DNA of 64,000 nucleotides from Sulfurospirillum sp. (lineage in GTDB: Bacteria; Campylobacterota; Campylobacteria; Campylobacterales; Sulfurospirillaceae). The notes beneath the pieces are model-generated. The model had not been told where the DNA came from, did not search any database, and saw only the letters and a program-made list of their open reading frames with translations. Both the position numbers and the translations under genes were made by a program. Of this stretch, positions 10,434 through 19,641 are shown piece after piece. The stretch spans positions 1-64,000 of the forward strand of contig JASFYR010000021.1 of the NCBI GenBank assembly GCA_045047115.1, written 5' to 3'. How positions within the stretch are numbered: the first letter of the stretch is position 1; every line of letters begins with the position of its first letter.

Positions 10434-11531
10434 TTACTCCCTGTAATTATCTATCGAAGAGAATGCAGGCTCTACCAGAACACTCTCTTTTGAAAAAACA
10501 AATATATATCTGGTATCGAGATAAACATCTATGTCAGAGTTGAAATCCAATTTATGAACACCTTCTATCAATCCAATCCAATAGTTACCGTTATGAGTTA
10601 TATGCAGATAAGTTTGTGAACCTGTTATCTCTGTTACATTGAGATGTACCGGTATCTTGATAGCTTGTGGAGAGTACTTTTCAATCTCCAGATAGTTTGG
10701 TCTAAAACCTGCCAAATACTCGCCATCGGGAAGCTTGATCAAGGAGTTACTGGCCAACTCCTTTTCATTGTCACCAAAATATACGTATTCACCACTTTTT
10801 CTCATATTGAAAAAATTCATAGACGGGTTTGAAAATACTCTAGCGGTAGTTGCACAATTTGGAAAATGATACACATATGAACTTTTTCCAAATTGTGTAA
10901 TCTTACCCTCCCACAAAGTAGCCACATTGCCTCCTAATAAAAGAGCCTCTTCGGGCTCAGTTGTGGCATACACAAAAATAGCACCTGACTCTTCAAATAT
11001 CTTTGGAATTTCCTCTCTAAGCTCTTCTCTTAGCTTATAATCCAAATTTGCCAAAGGTTCATCTAGCAAAACCAATCCTGAGCCTTTGACCAAAGCTCTT
11101 GCTAGTGCACACCTTTGTTGCTGTCCACCTGATAATTCCAATGGTTTTTTATTTAACTCACTTGTAAGATGTAAAAGGCTAGCAGTTCTTCTAACAGCAA
11201 AATCTATCTCATCTTTACTTTTTTTCATCAGCCTCAAAGGAGAAGCTATGTTGTCATATACGCTCATAGCAGGGTAGTTTATAAATTGCTGATAGACCAT
11301 GGCAATATGACGATCTTGAACTTTCATTCTCGTCACATCTTTACCGTTCCATATTATTTGCCCGGTCGTCGGTACATCCAAGCCGGCCATAATCCTCATC
11401 AGTGTAGTTTTACCAGACAATGTCCTGCCCAGCAAAACATTCATGGTCCCTTTTTTCAATGTTAAATTAGTTTCATATATATGCATCTGTCCATTGACTC
11501 GCATAGATATATTTCTTAACTCCAAAGACAC
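10434..11531 (-). CDS. glpS: ABC ATP-binding subunit (GlpS-like)
   Basis: GTG start; LLGRTLSGKTTLMR, MVYQQFINYP, LSGGQQQR, LDEPLANLDYKLREELR. Confidence 0.82.
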   Translation of the reverse strand: MSLELRNISMRVNGQMHIYETNLTLKKGTMNVLLGRTLSGKTTLMRIMAGLDVPTTGQIIWNGKDVTRMKVQDRHIAMVYQQFINYPAMSVYDNIASPLRLMKKSKDEIDFAVRRTASLLHLTSELNKKPLELSGGQQQRCALARALVKGSGLVLLDEPLANLDYKLREELREEIPKIFEESGAIFVYATTEPEEALLLGGNVATLWEGKITQFGKSSYVYHFPNCATTARVFSNPSMNFFNMRKSGEYVYFGDNEKELASNSLIKLPDGEYLAGFRPNYLEIEKYSPQAIKIPVHLNVTEITGSQTYLHITHNGNYWIGLIEGVHKLDFNSDIDVYLDTRYIFVFSKESVLVEPAFSSIDNYRE

Positions 11532-12004
11532 AGCTTGCCTCCTTATCTACATAAGAATATAACTTGTAACCTCTAAACAGAGGTACATTTTAACCCATAT
11601 ATTGTTATAATATCATAACAACTCATAAAATACAACAAAAAAATAGAGTGAAAAAATACGAAAAATTGACCTCTGCTATCTAAAAATTCTATAATCTTTT
11701 ATAATTTATAAAACTTAAAATATCATTATATACATAGTTTTAACATTTTTTATACACTAAGTCCCTCGAATATAAGAAAAAACTAAATATAAAACAAAAC
11801 TTAAAAAGCATTTTTGTAAAGTAATATAGTTATAGATTTTATTTTATATTTTTTGAGGTGGGAATATTTTTATAAATATTTTTATAAATATTTTCCAAAC
11901 TATTTCAAAAAGTAACACTTTGTAGAATTTTTTTAACTTTTAAGAAAAAGGGGAGAGGTAGCATGTGAGTTAAAGCAAGATACCTTGTTTATAGATTTCT
12001 TAGC

Positions 12005-12454
12005 TTACAGATTACCTATTGTATCTTTTGCAGTAGATGTAGCTTTTAATGTTTTTGAACACTCAGGGCATATACCAAGCAAAGAGATACTGCTTGTCTC
12101 CACTTTAAAATTACACCCCTTGGTAGCTTCATCTATGATACCTTTTGTATCTACGATTTTATCTATTATTTTATTACAAATTTTACAAACAAGATGTATA
12201 TGAGGCATTTTTGTAATTTCATAATTAGTAGGCATATCAGGAATTTTTATCTCAGTAACAAGACCAATTGCTATCAATTCTTTAACATTTCTATAGATAG
12301 TGGCTTTAGATAGAGTTGGATATTTGCTTAAAAGCAGTTCATAAAGATTTTCTATATCCACATGTTTTAAACTATCCATAGTCTCCAAAATAGCTAGCCT
12401 TTGATGTGTCGCTTTTAAATTTTTGTATTTAAGTATATCTCTAAAATCTAACAT
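12005..12454 (-). CDS. Fur-family regulator, PerR-like
   Basis: LKATHQRLAIL, LSKATIYRN, HIHLVCKIC and GICPEC zinc motifs; divergent from peroxidases. Confidence 0.85.
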   Translation of the reverse strand: MLDFRDILKYKNLKATHQRLAILETMDSLKHVDIENLYELLLSKYPTLSKATIYRNVKELIAIGLVTEIKIPDMPTNYEITKMPHIHLVCKICNKIIDKIVDTKGIIDEATKGCNFKVETSSISLLGICPECSKTLKATSTAKDTIGNL

Positions 12455-12514
12455 ATTTGTCTCTCATACCCCGATAATTTCTTATATTGTAACAAAAAAA
12501 TACTTAAATAGCAG

Positions 12515-12550
12515 AATAATATTTGACATTAATTGATATTAAATATTATT
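12515..12550. promoter_or_regulatory. 36-bp imperfect palindrome, candidate Fur/PerR operator
   Basis: AATAATATTTGACATTAA|TTGATATTAAATATTATT; 15 of 18 positions complementary; lies between divergent starts. Confidence 0.5.
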
Positions 12551-12601
12551 TAAGATAAAACATTATATAATTTACAATTCTAAAAATCTCAAGGAGAACT
12601 T

Positions 12602-13627
12602 ATGAAAAAACTAAATTTAGTTTTAAGTAGTTTATTGGTTGCAAGTGTTGGTTTTGCCGGAGAAAATCTCATATTAAAAGCTAAAAATGCGGGTTTAAAG
12701 CCTATACCTCAAAGTAAATTAGCACTCTTAAAGTTGGTTGATGACCCAAACAATCCTATGACAGATTTAAAGATTGATCTTGGTAAAAAACTCTATTTTG
12801 ATCCAAGACTTTCAAAAAGTGGCATTATCTCTTGTAATACCTGCCACAATCTAGGACTTGGGGGAGTTGATGGCATAAGTGCTGCTACAGGGCATAAGTG
12901 GAGAGCAAATCCCCACCATCTAAACTCTCCAACAGTATATAACTCTGTTCTAAACTCTGCACAATTTTGGGATGGAAGAGCTGCTCATCTTGAAGATCAG
13001 GCACAAGGTCCAATGCAAGCTGCACCAGAGATGGCTTCTCCTGCAAAATTGATAGCACAAAAAGTTAATTCAATACCAGGATATGTAAAAGAGTTTAAAA
13101 AAGCTTACGGAGAAAATGTGAAGATAACTTTCAAGCTTGTGGCTGATACAATCGGTGTTTTTGAAAGAACACTCGTTACTCCATCAAGATATGATGACTT
13201 CTTGAACGGACATCCAAATGCTCTGAGTAAAACAGAAAAAGAGGGGTTAAATCTCTTTATAGACAAAGGTTGTGCATCTTGTCATAACAATATCGGCGTA
13301 GGCGGAACAATGCAACCGTTTGAAGTTGCAAATAAGTACAAATTCGAAAATGTAGGAGATTTTAGAGGTGATAAAAACGGTATGGTAAAAACTCCGACTC
13401 TAAGAAATATAGAAGAGACTGCACCATATTTTCATAATGGTATGGTTTGGAGTCTGAAAGAAGCTGTAAAAGATATGGGATCAATTCAACTAGGTCTAAA
13501 AATCAATAATAAAGAGGCTGGAAAGATTGTAACTTTTCTCAAATCATTGACAGGAAAAAAACCGGATATCTCTTATCCGCAACTCCCGGTAAGTACAAGC
13601 AAAACACCAAAACCGGATATGAACTAA
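12602..13627 (+). CDS. ccp: Di-haem cytochrome c peroxidase, copy 1
   Basis: Signal peptide; LGKKLYFDPRLS, SCNTCH, QFWDGRA, GCASCH, KTPTLRN, TAPYFHNG. Confidence 0.93.
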   Translation: MKKLNLVLSSLLVASVGFAGENLILKAKNAGLKPIPQSKLALLKLVDDPNNPMTDLKIDLGKKLYFDPRLSKSGIISCNTCHNLGLGGVDGISAATGHKWRANPHHLNSPTVYNSVLNSAQFWDGRAAHLEDQAQGPMQAAPEMASPAKLIAQKVNSIPGYVKEFKKAYGENVKITFKLVADTIGVFERTLVTPSRYDDFLNGHPNALSKTEKEGLNLFIDKGCASCHNNIGVGGTMQPFEVANKYKFENVGDFRGDKNGMVKTPTLRNIEETAPYFHNGMVWSLKEAVKDMGSIQLGLKINNKEAGKIVTFLKSLTGKKPDISYPQLPVSTSKTPKPDMN

Positions 13628-13634
13628 CAAAAAA

Positions 13635-13654
13635 GGGGGAGTTTTAACTTCCCC
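13635..13654. terminator. Stem-loop between the two peroxidase genes
   Basis: GGGGGAGTT-TT-AACTTCCCC. Confidence 0.5.
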
Positions 13655-13676
13655 AAAATCTTACAGGCAGACACAA

Positions 13677-14663
13677 ATGAAATTTATCCTTATTTTATCT
13701 CTAATCATTAGTTTAACTGTTGCAAATAGCGATACAGAACTTTTAAAAAAGGCAAAAAAGGCAAATCTATATCCTATTCCAAGATCAAAAAAACAACTAC
13801 TAAGACTGATAGATGACTCAAAAAATCCCATGACAGATTCCAAGATAAAACTTGGAAAAAAATTGTATTTTGATCCCAGACTCTCAAAAAGCAATCTTAT
13901 ATCTTGCAATACTTGCCATAATCTAGCTCTAGGAGGAGTTGACGGATTAAGTACGGCTACAGGCGATAGATGGAAAGCAAATCCGCACCATCTAAACTCG
14001 CCGACAGTTTACAATGCCGTCTTTGCAAACTACCAATTTTGGGACGGAAGAAGTTTTAGCCTAAAAGAGCAGGCAAAGGGTCCGATACAGACGGTATTTG
14101 AAATGGCGATGCATAGAGATATATTGCCAAAAAAGATTCAGAATATCAAGGGTTACAAAGAGGAGTTTAAAAAAGCTTACGGAAAAAATACAAAGATAAC
14201 TTTTGAACTTATAGCCGATACAATAGCAATCTTTGAAAAAACTCTAATCACCCCCTCAAGATATGATGATTTTCTAAATGGCGATATGAGTGCGTTGAGT
14301 CAAAAGGAGAAAGAGGGTTTAAACACTTTTATAGATTTGGGCTGTACCAGATGCCACAAAGGCATAGTGCTTGGCGGATTTACCCAACCATTTGATACAG
14401 GTAAAAGATACAAATACAGAGATATCGGAGATTTCAGAGGAAACAAAAACCATCTGGTAAAGACCCCTACCCTGAGAAATATAAAAGAGACTGCGCCATA
14501 CTTTCACAACGGAATGGTTTGGAGTCTGAAAGAGGCCATAAAAGAGATGGGCAAGATTCAGCTGCTACTTGGTATAAGCGACAAAGATGCCCAAAAGATA
14601 GAAACTTTTTTAAACTCTTTAACAGGTAGAAAACCAAATATTATATATCCTATTTTACCTTAG
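13677..14663 (+). CDS. ccp: Di-haem cytochrome c peroxidase, copy 2 (paralog)
   Basis: Same motifs: SCNTCH, QFWDGRS, GCTRCH, TAPYFHNG. Confidence 0.92.
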   Translation: MKFILILSLIISLTVANSDTELLKKAKKANLYPIPRSKKQLLRLIDDSKNPMTDSKIKLGKKLYFDPRLSKSNLISCNTCHNLALGGVDGLSTATGDRWKANPHHLNSPTVYNAVFANYQFWDGRSFSLKEQAKGPIQTVFEMAMHRDILPKKIQNIKGYKEEFKKAYGKNTKITFELIADTIAIFEKTLITPSRYDDFLNGDMSALSQKEKEGLNTFIDLGCTRCHKGIVLGGFTQPFDTGKRYKYRDIGDFRGNKNHLVKTPTLRNIKETAPYFHNGMVWSLKEAIKEMGKIQLLLGISDKDAQKIETFLNSLTGRKPNIIYPILP

Positions 14664-15337
14664 TAGCTCATCTCATATACCAATCGTTGCAAATTCGCCA
14701 TATCACTGTATGCTTTAAAAACTCTATCAAGCAGATTTTGAGCAAAAAATATCTCATCTACCTTAAATATTTTATAGGCATACATCGCACCAAAAAGCGC
14801 AAGATAGGAGTACTCATCATTTTTGCCAAAACCTTTTGGAACTCTTTTGTACTTGGGCATAGGTAAAAGGTAACCCATGCTTTTTAGTTTTTCAAGCTCT
14901 ACATGTAGAGCCTCTCTTCTTTTTTCATCTTTTATATACTCTCTATATACTTTTAGAAGTGGGGGTTTAAAATTTCTTATACCCGTTGCCACAAAATACT
15001 CGTTTTCATCATAATGCATATAGAAGCTGCTACTTTGCATTCTGTGATTTTTTCCCTGCCAAAAAAGTAGTCCTATCTTACTTTTCATAGGAGTTTTATC
15101 TTTGCTAAATCTTATGTCTCGATAGATTTTAAACAAAGATCCTCCGACTTTCGGCAGGGCATTTATAGTTGGCACTAAAATCTGAAGTGTCTCCCCCATA
15201 TCTTTTACAAAAGCTCTGTTTGGCTCCAGTATAGACCTCTCCCAGATGTATCTGTGATTAAGAAACCACTCTTTGGAGTTATTGTTTTTTAAATCTTTTA
15301 AAAAATTTATTCCCTCTTTGCTAAAACCGTTAAACAA
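14660..15337 (-). CDS. DUF2461 family protein
   Basis: FLKDLKNNNSKEWF and FKIYRDIRFSKDKTPMK motifs. Confidence 0.85.
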   Translation of the reverse strand: MFNGFSKEGINFLKDLKNNNSKEWFLNHRYIWERSILEPNRAFVKDMGETLQILVPTINALPKVGGSLFKIYRDIRFSKDKTPMKSKIGLLFWQGKNHRMQSSSFYMHYDENEYFVATGIRNFKPPLLKVYREYIKDEKRREALHVELEKLKSMGYLLPMPKYKRVPKGFGKNDEYSYLALFGAMYAYKIFKVDEIFFAQNLLDRVFKAYSDMANLQRLVYEMSY

Positions 15338-16367
15338 TTAAACTCTTCTCCCCTCTTTCACAAACTTCCGCTATGATAGAGCTATAATCATACCCTGCAT
15401 CTTTCAGACTCGCTAAAAGTTTTGGTGCATCCGATGGTGATACTGCTATGAGAAGTCCACCTGAAGTCTGGGCATCATACAAAATTATATCATCATCCAA
15501 CTCTTTTGTATAGCTAACTTTACTCTTAAGATAGCTCATATTGTTGTATGTACCGGCTGGAATTATCCCCATATCTGCCATCTCTGTCGCCTCTTGGAGA
15601 TACGGAATGCTCTCAAAATCAAAAACTATACTCACACGCGCATCTGCCATCTCTGCACTATGCCCAAAAAGTCCAAAACCTGTTACATCTGTACAAGCAC
15701 TCACATCATAATTTTTCATAATTTTTGAAGCCTCATAGTTGAGCTGAGACAATATAGAAACTACATTTTTCACACTTTTATTTTCCAGCATATCAGCTTT
15801 TATAGCGGTTGTGAGTATACCCATACCAAGTGGCTTGGTAAGTATCAAAAGATCTCCGACTCTTGGTGTATTGTTTCTGTATATCTTTTGAGGATGCACA
15901 ATTCCACTGACACTAAGACCATAAAGCATCTCAGGAGTCTCTATGGTATGACCTCCTATTACCATGCCGCCACACTCTATGACTTTGCTTTGTCCGCCAT
16001 CGAGCATCTCTCTTAAAACCTCTTTTGGATGATTGCATCCGTCAAATCCAACTATATTCAAGGCACTCATCACTTCTGCACCCATAGCAAATATATCACT
16101 AAGTGAGTTTGCTGCTGCAATCTGACCATAAACATAAGGATCATCAACAACAGGCGTGATTATATCCACAGTCTGCACAAGTGCTTTATTTTCATCTAGC
16201 TGATAAACTGCCGCATCATCACTGCTGTCCATACCAACCAAAACTCTGCTATCACTACAATCAAGTCCGCTAAGTGCGATGTCCAGCTCACCCGGAGCCA
16301 ACTTAGCGGCTCAACCGGCAGCTTTTACAAACTTGGTAAGTTTTGCATCATTTTTCATTTCTCTCAT
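15330..16367 (-). CDS. selD: Selenophosphate synthetase, selenoprotein (U19)
   Basis: Extending upstream of the track ORF through in-frame TGA at 16311-16313 gives MREMKNDAKLTKFVKAAG-U-AAKLAPG, matching the G(C/U)xxK active site. AAGGAG precedes ATG 16367. Also DDAAVY, GGHT, TDVTGFGL, DAQTSGGLL. Confidence 0.95.
16283..16301 (-). promoter_or_regulatory. Bacterial SECIS-like hairpin of selD
   Basis: UUGGCUC-CGGGU-GAGCUGG, starting 9 nt after the UGA. Confidence 0.65.
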
Positions 16368-16376
16368 CTTCTCTCC

Positions 16377-16964
16377 TTAAAGTGAAACTGTATCTGTATT
16401 TAGAAGCATATCAACTGAGTCGTAGGCATTGCCAATTTCGCCGACTTTTAACTCATCAGTTGGAATATTATAAAAATTCAAACAGAGACCACAACTATAT
16501 ATCTTCACGCCTCTATTCTCTAACTCTTTTAAGTTTTCGATAAGGTCTAAATTCTCCTCTTTTGTAGTTAAAAATACACCTTCATTAACAAATACCAAAT
16601 TTTTAGGAAGTTCCTTAAACTCCAACATGGTCTTTAAAAAACTTTTCATCAAAGTAGTGCCAAGCTCACCATTTCCTATCTTATCGGTTTTAATAAAAAC
16701 TGTTTTATTTAAAAAACTCTCCTCTTTTTTTGGAACAATAGTACACTCATAGCCCTTTATGACAGTAATGAGAGTTTTACCGTCTTGCAGTTCTTCAACA
16801 CTGCTTTCATAGCCTTGCTTAGAGGCAAATCTCTTTACATTTTCAACAGACGAAACAGAGTTTACCAAAACCTCAAGTAAAGAGTCATCTTCTAACTCTT
16901 CAAGTGCTTTTTTAGTCTTTAAAACCGGCTGGGGACAAGCCAAATCACAACAATCAATCTTCAT
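16377..16964 (-). CDS. yedF: Selenium metabolism protein YedF (TusA/SirA + DsrE-like domains)
   Basis: ATG 16964 after AAGGAG; IDCCDLACPQPVLKTKKAL (CPxP); GELGTTLMKSF, FVNEGV, YSCGLC; adjacent to selD. Confidence 0.85.
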   Translation of the reverse strand: MKIDCCDLACPQPVLKTKKALEELEDDSLLEVLVNSVSSVENVKRFASKQGYESSVEELQDGKTLITVIKGYECTIVPKKEESFLNKTVFIKTDKIGNGELGTTLMKSFLKTMLEFKELPKNLVFVNEGVFLTTKEENLDLIENLKELENRGVKIYSCGLCLNFYNIPTDELKVGEIGNAYDSVDMLLNTDTVSL

Positions 16965-16975
16965 AATTATCTCCT

Positions 16976-17737
16976 TTAAATCTCTTGACATATTTCATAG
17001 CCTGCAAGTGCGGCACCAATTGAGCCCATCAACTGAGGTCTATCTGAAACCAATATCTTTTTTTCTAATTTTTTAGACAATAAATGTTTTAAAAATGGAT
17101 TTAATGCTCCACCACCGCTAAAAAATATATATTCACTCTTTGCAACAAATCTTCTAGCCATAGATGATAACCTCGAAGCAATTGAGCTGTGTATGCCGTA
17201 GCATATATTTGCTGCGCTCTCTTTTTTTGCCATCAAAGATATAACTTCTGATTCGGCAAATACAGCACACATACTTGAAATTTCAAGCTCTTTATCTGCC
17301 TCAAATCCTAGATTGGAAAATTTTTCCATATCAAGTCCTATTCTATTTGCTGCAATTTCTAAAAATTTTCCGGTTCCCGCAGCACATTTGTCATTCATCC
17401 TAAAGTCGACAAATCCGCCTGTGCCGTCTAATTTTATCACTTTGCTGTCTTGTCCTCCAAGGTCTATAACCAAATCTGTATCTTGATTATGGAAATATGC
17501 ACCTTTTGCATGGGCTTTGATTTCACTGATAACCGGGCAGGAAAATTTTTCCTCTATCATATATCGTCCATATCCCGTCGCTACTAACATTTCAACTTTT
17601 TTATCTTCCAGATACTCTGCTATGATTTCATCTTGGTTTATAATAGTTGGGATGACAGTTGTATCTATAATGTTTCTGCTTTCATCTATGCCTGTAATCT
17701 TTGTATATGTTGAGCCTATATCAACTCCCCAAAACAT
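16976..17737 (-). CDS. ASKHA-fold [4Fe-4S] ATPase activator (HgdC/BadFG family, DCCP-R-like)
   Basis: GVDIGST, ATGYGR, SEIKAHAKG, DLGGQDSK, MNDKCAAGTG, SSMCAVFAESEVISL. Confidence 0.9.
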   Translation of the reverse strand: MFWGVDIGSTYTKITGIDESRNIIDTTVIPTIINQDEIIAEYLEDKKVEMLVATGYGRYMIEEKFSCPVISEIKAHAKGAYFHNQDTDLVIDLGGQDSKVIKLDGTGGFVDFRMNDKCAAGTGKFLEIAANRIGLDMEKFSNLGFEADKELEISSMCAVFAESEVISLMAKKESAANICYGIHSSIASRLSSMARRFVAKSEYIFFSGGGALNPFLKHLLSKKLEKKILVSDRPQLMGSIGAALAGYEICQEI

Positions 17738-19060
17738 CTATTTTATACCTTTAAATTTTTTTGCTTTTTTCTTAAATGTCAAACTTTCCAAAAATGCCTC
17801 CACTCTGGTTTTAATCTGTCCAATATCTTCGGCAGAATAATCAGATTCTATAACAAGACAAGGTATTCCCTCTTTCTCCAATGCTTGGGTTACAAGGTGT
17901 GCTTCAACATTGTATGTATGGCAAAATGATAAAGTGTAGTATATCACTCCATCGGCCTGTCTGTCTTTGTACATTTTTAAAATTTTATCAATTCTAGGAG
18001 TATTTGGGGTAAAACATGCACAATCCACCTTACTATATCTTTGCATCAATCTGTCGATAAAGGTATCCTCATCTTCTACATTATCTAAATCAACATTATC
18101 TTTATAATACCTATGTCCTATGCAAGACTCTTCATTGATGATAGCTCCACCAGTAGTCTCAACAGCTGTATGAAGTTTCCAGTTTGGCGGAGCAAACGGG
18201 GTTCCCAAAACCATAAGTCTTGGAGTATCTTTTTCAAAAACACTTATTTTGTTTTTTACTCTCTCATCTAGTTCATCGCAAAGTTGATTGACTTTTTGAG
18301 TGTATCGCACAGGGTCATCCAAAAATCCCATCTGGGTTATAAAGAGTCCGTCTTTTCCACTTATCGGTATAATATCCGGATTCATTCCCCGAAGAGTATC
18401 AAGTCTTTGAAGAGCTTCTCTTTTTTCATTTATGATTTTAGTGCCGTTTTTCATCTCTTCAAGAGTTAATTTTTTACCTATAACTTCTTCAATATGCTCT
18501 TTAAACTCTCTTATCTCTTCACCCCACATTTTAAGATCTTTTTCTCTTTTCATATGAGGGATGTTCATCACATGAACAGGATGATGTTTGTCCAATATTT
18601 CCCAAGTCTTTTTCTTTGCTTCACATGTAGTCTCGCCGTAGATAAAATCGGAAGATTGTGTATATGCACAGGTTCTTTGAAGTTTAAACCCATGGGCTGA
18701 TTTTATAAGAGGACATATATTTCTAGGAAGTTCACTCTCAGCGTCAGGTATAGTAGCAGGACTTCCCCCACAAAGTCCATAACAAGCTCCGCCGGCTCCA
18801 ACTATAATCTCTTCAGGTACAAATATACAAAATGTACCAACAGCCGGTTTCTTTTGAGCTCTTAACTCATTTATCTCAGCTATTCTTTCGCCCTGAATCT
18901 CACTCATAAACCAATCAAAATACTCCATCCCTTTTGGTCTATTTGGCTGAGATAAAAACTGTTTTTTATATGACTCTAATCCCGCAGACATCATTTTTGC
19001 ATGTTTTTCAACATCCACACCGATACTAGATAATAAATCTTTATGTTGCTCTAGACCCAC
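17738..19060 (-). CDS. Double-cubane-cluster protein (DCCP)-like reductase, 2-hydroxyacyl-CoA dehydratase superfamily
   Basis: GTFCIFVPEEI, GLCGG, LPRNICPLIKS, GETTCEAKKK, EESC, DCACFTPN, FCHTY, GQIKTRVEAF. Single-chain protein directly abutting the activator gene. Confidence 0.8.
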   Translation of the reverse strand: MGLEQHKDLLSSIGVDVEKHAKMMSAGLESYKKQFLSQPNRPKGMEYFDWFMSEIQGERIAEINELRAQKKPAVGTFCIFVPEEIIVGAGGACYGLCGGSPATIPDAESELPRNICPLIKSAHGFKLQRTCAYTQSSDFIYGETTCEAKKKTWEILDKHHPVHVMNIPHMKREKDLKMWGEEIREFKEHIEEVIGKKLTLEEMKNGTKIINEKREALQRLDTLRGMNPDIIPISGKDGLFITQMGFLDDPVRYTQKVNQLCDELDERVKNKISVFEKDTPRLMVLGTPFAPPNWKLHTAVETTGGAIINEESCIGHRYYKDNVDLDNVEDEDTFIDRLMQRYSKVDCACFTPNTPRIDKILKMYKDRQADGVIYYTLSFCHTYNVEAHLVTQALEKEGIPCLVIESDYSAEDIGQIKTRVEAFLESLTFKKKAKKFKGIK

Positions 19061-19220
19061 AATAAGTCCTTTTATATAGAAAATTTATGCTGAATATATA
19101 AATTATAGATAGAATTAAGTAGAAATATCGAAAGTAGAATGCTTAATTCTTGTATGTCTAAAACCTTAGACCTGACAGCATCTTCGGTATTATATAACCT
19201 ATGTTATAAATTTTAACTTA

Positions 19221-19610
19221 AGGGCACCCCTAAAAATCTTCATCTTTTTTTAAAAAATCAATAACTATATCCAGTCTCTTCTCGCTGAGATAATCTTGCT
19301 GGCCAATTTTACTGTTTTGCACATTTGAGTGGACATCATGCCTTGTATTATCTATCTGCTGGAAGTATTTGTATTTTACTAAAAAAAACCATTTTTAATT
19401 TTGCTTGTTTCTTATGGTTATATTTATTTTTAATTATCAAAACATCTCTTGGAATATTTAATCCAAAAATCTCTTTCCTGACACCTAGGGCATTTTATTA
19501 GGCTGTTGATAAACTCATATTTTTTTCCAATAATAGTTTTAAGAACGATCTTTATATCTTCACCCTTTTTAACTGCCTTATTATATGCAGAACTGCTCAC
19601 CCCTGTCTAT
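19221..19610 (-). pseudogene. Possible fragmented gene or IS-end debris
   Basis: Short minus-strand frames interrupted near an A8 run; no ORF of 60 aa or more; no family recognised. Confidence 0.2.
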
Positions 19611-19641
19611 TTATATGATTTATATCAAATCCATAAATAGC

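Noticed and set aside
16301..16313. selD starting at TTG 16301 (N-truncated)
   Set aside because: It would lack the catalytic residue; the upstream frame is open apart from one TGA and has a strong SD.
17738..19060. Classical 2-hydroxyglutaryl-CoA dehydratase or benzoyl-CoA reductase
   Set aside because: Only one subunit gene is present, with no CoA-transferase or acyl-CoA pathway nearby, and the Cys pattern fits the single-chain DCCP type better. Not fully excluded without an HMM search.
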